Source: Felis catus (lineage: Eukaryota). From it: 64,000 bases of DNA. Location of the stretch: positions 87,856,001 to 87,920,000 of the forward strand of contig NC_058368.1 in assembly GCF_018350175.1 (NCBI RefSeq), written 5' to 3'. This document shows positions 60,005 to 64,000 of this stretch, piece by piece. The position numbers and the translations under genes were made by a program. The notes under the pieces were generated by a model, which worked only from the letters and a program-made list of their open reading frames with translations, was not told the origin of the DNA and searched no databases. Each line of letters opens with the position of its first letter. Within the stretch, counting starts at the first letter, position 1.

Positions 60005-60546
60005 CTGGGGATGGTCAGAAAGACACAGACACAATCACAGTCTCTGAACACATGGATAAGACAAGACACTAACAGCACAGAAAAGACACAAACCAAGCTA
60101 GACATGCGCCGTGTGCTTGCTGGGTGTGCCAAGCACACACTGTGGGTTGTGGCTTCCCTCAGACTGGCTTATATGCAGCGTGGCCGTGGCCTCTTTGATG
60201 GTTCATCAAGCCTCATACTTTGTATGACTCTGGCTAGCATGGCTGGAGAGTCGGACACAGAATGGAGAATTGTTGAGGGCAGGACACAGTAGCACAGAGG
60301 ACAAGACAGACTCCCACAGGACAACAGAACTAGCAGGGACTGAGAGGTCAAAAGTGGCTTGGATGCTGGCTTCTCTTGGTTCATACAACCACCCAGGGAA
60401 GGGGAGACATTTCACGAAGTAACAGTGGAGGGTGACATCGGAGAATGGGGGAGAGAAAGAACGTGAACATGGAATGAGTGCACATGGACATCACGAGTCA
60501 CTTGGACACTAGATCACAGCTCTGCTTGGCCACACACAGTCTTTAC

Positions 60547-60810
60547 CCCTGACGGTCACCGTGGCTGACGTTCTCTCCTGCCCGCATACACACGAGTACT
60601 CCCCGGAATCTGCCACGGCCAGGTCACGGATCTCCAGCTCACACACCGTCCCATCCTGTCTCAGGCTCACTCTGTCCCCGGCTCTGAGGGTCTCAGACCC
60701 CTTCCTCCACTCCACGGGGACCGCCTTGCTCAGCTCACAGCGCAGCGTGGCCGTGGCCCCTTCCGTGGCCTCTTCCTTCCTCAGGCTCTTTGTGAACTTG
60801 GCGGGCAGGG
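60547..60810 (-). CDS. OBSCN: OBSCN tandem-array Ig exon
   Basis: 264 nt; cag/gtaaag; open frame. Confidence 0.9.
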
Positions 60811-61146
60811 CTGGGGAGAGCCAAGGATCAGGAGGACTGCAGACTGTCTCGGGGACTCTATGTCCAGGACGAGACACCCACAAGCACAACACAAAGTACC
60901 TAGGGCCACGGCATGAATGAGTGAATGGAGCACAGAGTGGGTGAGGAAACAGTCCAGGAGAGGCAAACACTAGCCTGGACACAGACACCAGAACAAATAC
61001 TTGACAACAAGATGGAAGCTGGGAGTTCCCAGGAGGACACAGCTGGAGACACACAGATGCCCACAGTCTGACAGGGAGATGGTGGTGACATAGCAACAAT
61101 ATGCAACACCAAGACATTGGCTCACGTGCCCACACATGATCTTTAC

Positions 61147-61410
61147 CCTTGACAGTCAGCATGGCCAATGTTCTCTCCTGCCCGCACACACACGAGTACT
61201 CCCCGGCATCCTCCATGGCCACACCACAGATCTCCAGCTCACACATGTTTCCATCCTGCCTCAGGCTGACTCTGTCCCCAGCTCTGAGGGTCTTGGACCC
61301 CTTTCTCCACTCCACAGGGGCCACCTTGCTCAGCTTGCAGCACAGCTTGGCTGTGGCCCCTTCTGTGGCCTCTTCCTTCCTCAGGCTCTTTGTGAACTTG
61401 GCGGGCACAG
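61147..61410 (-). CDS. OBSCN: OBSCN tandem-array Ig exon (divergent copy, KLCCKLSK)
   Basis: 264 nt; cag/gtaaag; open frame. Confidence 0.88.
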
Positions 61411-61944
61411 CTGGGGATGGTCAGAAAGACACAGACACAATCATAGTCTCTGACCACTTAGACGAGACAGGACATTAGCAGCACAGAGACCATACAAAAA
61501 AACTCGATGTGGGCCACATGCTGGTTGTGCTTGTGGGTTGTAGTTTGTGGGTTGTGGCTTCCCTCAGACTGGGTTATGTAAAGTGTTGCCATGGCCTCTT
61601 TGGTGGCTCCTGTAGCCTCATACTTTGTATGACTGTCTAGCCCAGCTGGGGCGTCAGACACAAAATGGAGTATTGTTGAGGGCAGGACACGATACCACAG
61701 AGGACAACACAGACTCCCACAGGACAACAGGATGAGATGTGACCAAGGAGTATATGTGGCTGGAATTCTGGCTTCTCATGGTTCACACAACAACCCAGGA
61801 AGGGGAGATATTCCACGGAGTAATGGGTATAGGGTGACCCCGGAAAATGTGAAAAAGATGGGAACAAGGAATGAGAGCACATGGACATCACAAAGTAAAC
61901 TGAACACCAGATCACAGTTCCGCTTGGCCACACACGGTCTTTAC

Positions 61945-62208
61945 CCTGGATGGTCAAAGTGGCTGATGTCCTTTCCTGCCCGCACACACATGAGTACTCC
62001 CCAGCATCTTCCACAGCCAGGCCACGGATCTCCAGCTCACATGCTGTCCCATCCTGCCTCAGGCTGACTCTGGCCCCAGCTCTGAGGGTCTCAGAGCCCT
62101 TCGTCCACTCCACAGGGACCGCCTTGCTCAGCTCACAGCGCAGCATGACTGTGGCCCCTTCTGTGGCCTCTTCATTCCTCAGGCTCTTTGTGAACTTGGC
62201 GGGCACAG
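61945..62208 (-). CDS. OBSCN: OBSCN tandem-array Ig exon
   Basis: 264 nt; cag/gtaaag; open frame. Confidence 0.9.
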
Positions 62209-62750
62209 CTGGGGATGGTCAGAAAGACACAGACACAATCACAGTCTCTGAACACATGAATAAGACAAGACACTAACAGCACAGAAAAGACACAAACCAA
62301 ACTAGACATGCGCCATGTGCTTGCTGGGTGTGCCAAGCACACACTGTGGGTTGTGGCTTCCCTCAGACTGGCTTATATGCAGCGTGGCCGTGGCCTCTTT
62401 GATGGTTCATCAAGCCTCATACTTTGTATGACTCTGGCTAGCATGGCTGGAGAGTCGGACACAGAATGGAGAATTGTTGAGGGCAGGACACAGTAGCACA
62501 GAGGACAAGACAGACTCCCACAGGACAACAGAACTAGCAGGGACTGAGAGGTCAAAAGTGGCTTGGATGCTGGCTTCTCTTGGTTCATACAACCACCCAG
62601 GGAAGGGGAGACATTTCACGAAGTAACAGTGGAGGGTGACATCGGAGAATGGGGGAGAGAAAGAACGTGAACATGGAATGAGTGCACATGGACATCACGA
62701 GTCACTTGGACACTAGATCACAGCTCTGCTTGGCCACACACAGTCTTTAC

Positions 62751-63014
62751 CCCTGATGGTCACCGTGGCTGACGTTCTCTCCTGCCCGCATACACACGAG
62801 TACTCCCCGGCATCTGCCACGGCCAGGTCACGGATCTCCAGCTCACACACCGTCCCATCCTGTCTCAGGCTCACTCTGTCCCCGGCTCTGAGGGTCTCAG
62901 ACCCCTTCCTCCACTCCACGGGGACCGCCTTGCTCAGCTCACAGCGCAGCGTGGCCGTGGCCCCTTCCATGGCCTCTTCCTTCCTCAAGCTCTTTGTGAA
63001 TGTGGCGGGCAGGG
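62751..63014 (-). CDS. OBSCN: OBSCN tandem-array Ig exon
   Basis: 264 nt; cag/gtaaag; open frame. Confidence 0.9.
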
Positions 63015-63350
63015 CTGGGGAGAGCCAAGGATCAGGAGGACTCCAGGCTGTCTCGAGGACTCTATGTCCAGGACGAGACACCCACAAGCACCACACAAAC
63101 TGCCCAGGGCCATAACACGAATGAGTGAATGGAGCACAGAGTGGGTGAGGAAACAGTCCAGGAGAGGCAAACACAAGCCTGGACACAGACACCAGAACAA
63201 ATACTTGACAAGGAGATGGAGGCTTGGAGTTCCCAGGGGGACACAGCTGGAGACACACAGATGCCCACAGTCTGACAAGGAGAAGGTGGTGATAATGGAC
63301 AACATGCAGACACCAAGACATTGGCCCACGTGGCCACACATGACCTTTAC

Positions 63351-63614
63351 CCCTGACAGTCAGCATGGCCGATGTCCTCTCCTGCCCGCACACACACGAG
63401 TACTCCCCAGCATCCTCCATGGCCACACCACGGATCTCCAGCTCACACATGTTTCCGTCCTGCTTCAGGCTGACTCTGTCTCCAACTCTGAGGGTCGCGG
63501 ACCCCTTCTTCCACTCCACAGGGGATGCCTTGCTTAACTCACAGTGTAGCTTTGCCGTGGCCCCTTCCATGGCTTCTTCCTTCCTCAGGCTCTTTGTGAA
63601 CTTGGCGGGCAGGG
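63351..63614 (-). CDS. OBSCN: OBSCN tandem-array Ig exon
   Basis: 264 nt; cag/gtaaag; open frame. Confidence 0.9.
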
Positions 63615-63952
63615 CTGGGGAGAGCCAAGGATCAGGAGGACTCCAGGCTGTCTCGAGGACTCTGTGTCCAGGACGAGACACCCACAAGCACCACACAAAC
63701 TGCCCAGGGCCACAACATGAATGAGTGAATGGAGCACAGAGTGGGTGAGGAAACAGTCCAGGAAAGGCAAACACAAGCCTGGACACAGACACCAGAACAA
63801 ATACTTGACAAGGAGATGGAAGCTGGGAGTTCCCAGGGGGACACAGCAGGAGACACACATATGTCCACGGAGTCTGACAGGGAGATGGTGGTGACATAGC
63901 AACAATATGCAACACCAAGACATTGGCCCACGTGGACACACATGATCTTTAC

Positions 63953-64000
63953 CCCTGACAGTCAGCATAGCTGATGTCCTCTCCTGCCCGCACACACACG
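63953..64000 (-). CDS. OBSCN: OBSCN tandem-array Ig exon (3' end only, cut by window edge)
   Basis: CVCGQERTSAMLTVR then gtaaag. Confidence 0.85.

Noticed and set aside
59019..63939. ORFs of 299-408 aa reading through exon-intron-exon in the Ig array
   Set aside because: The 336-nt intron is a multiple of 3 and happens to lack stops in that frame; canonical splice sites are present and the intron translation is not domain-like. Intron retention would need RNA evidence

Overview
Mammalian genomic DNA, almost certainly a felid (SINEC_Fc-type SINEs and an L1_Fc-like 3' end). The whole window lies inside the 3' half of the giant muscle gene OBSCN (obscurin) on the minus strand; both ends of the gene are outside the window. 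I traced 72 coding exons by hand from GT/AG boundaries and codon phase is consistent throughout. In transcript order they encode: a tandem array of near-identical 264-nt Ig exons, further Ig domains, the titin-binding Ig58/59 pair, Fn3, IQ, SH3, RhoGEF(DH)-PH, two Ig domains, then either the obscurin-A ankyrin-binding terminal exons (stop at 15111, AATAAA at 14557) or the obscurin-B extension (Ig, kinase 1, 2-kb inter-kinase exon, Ig, Fn3, kinase 2). I see no new gene system. The best second-look items are a probable U12 (minor-spliceosome) intron in kinase 1, the mosaic and homogenised Ig exon-intron array, a minisatellite built from in-frame copies of a splice acceptor, and a four-level nested transposon cluster with intact target-site duplications (TSDs). 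Repeat-family names and comparisons with human obscurin come from memory, not from searches.
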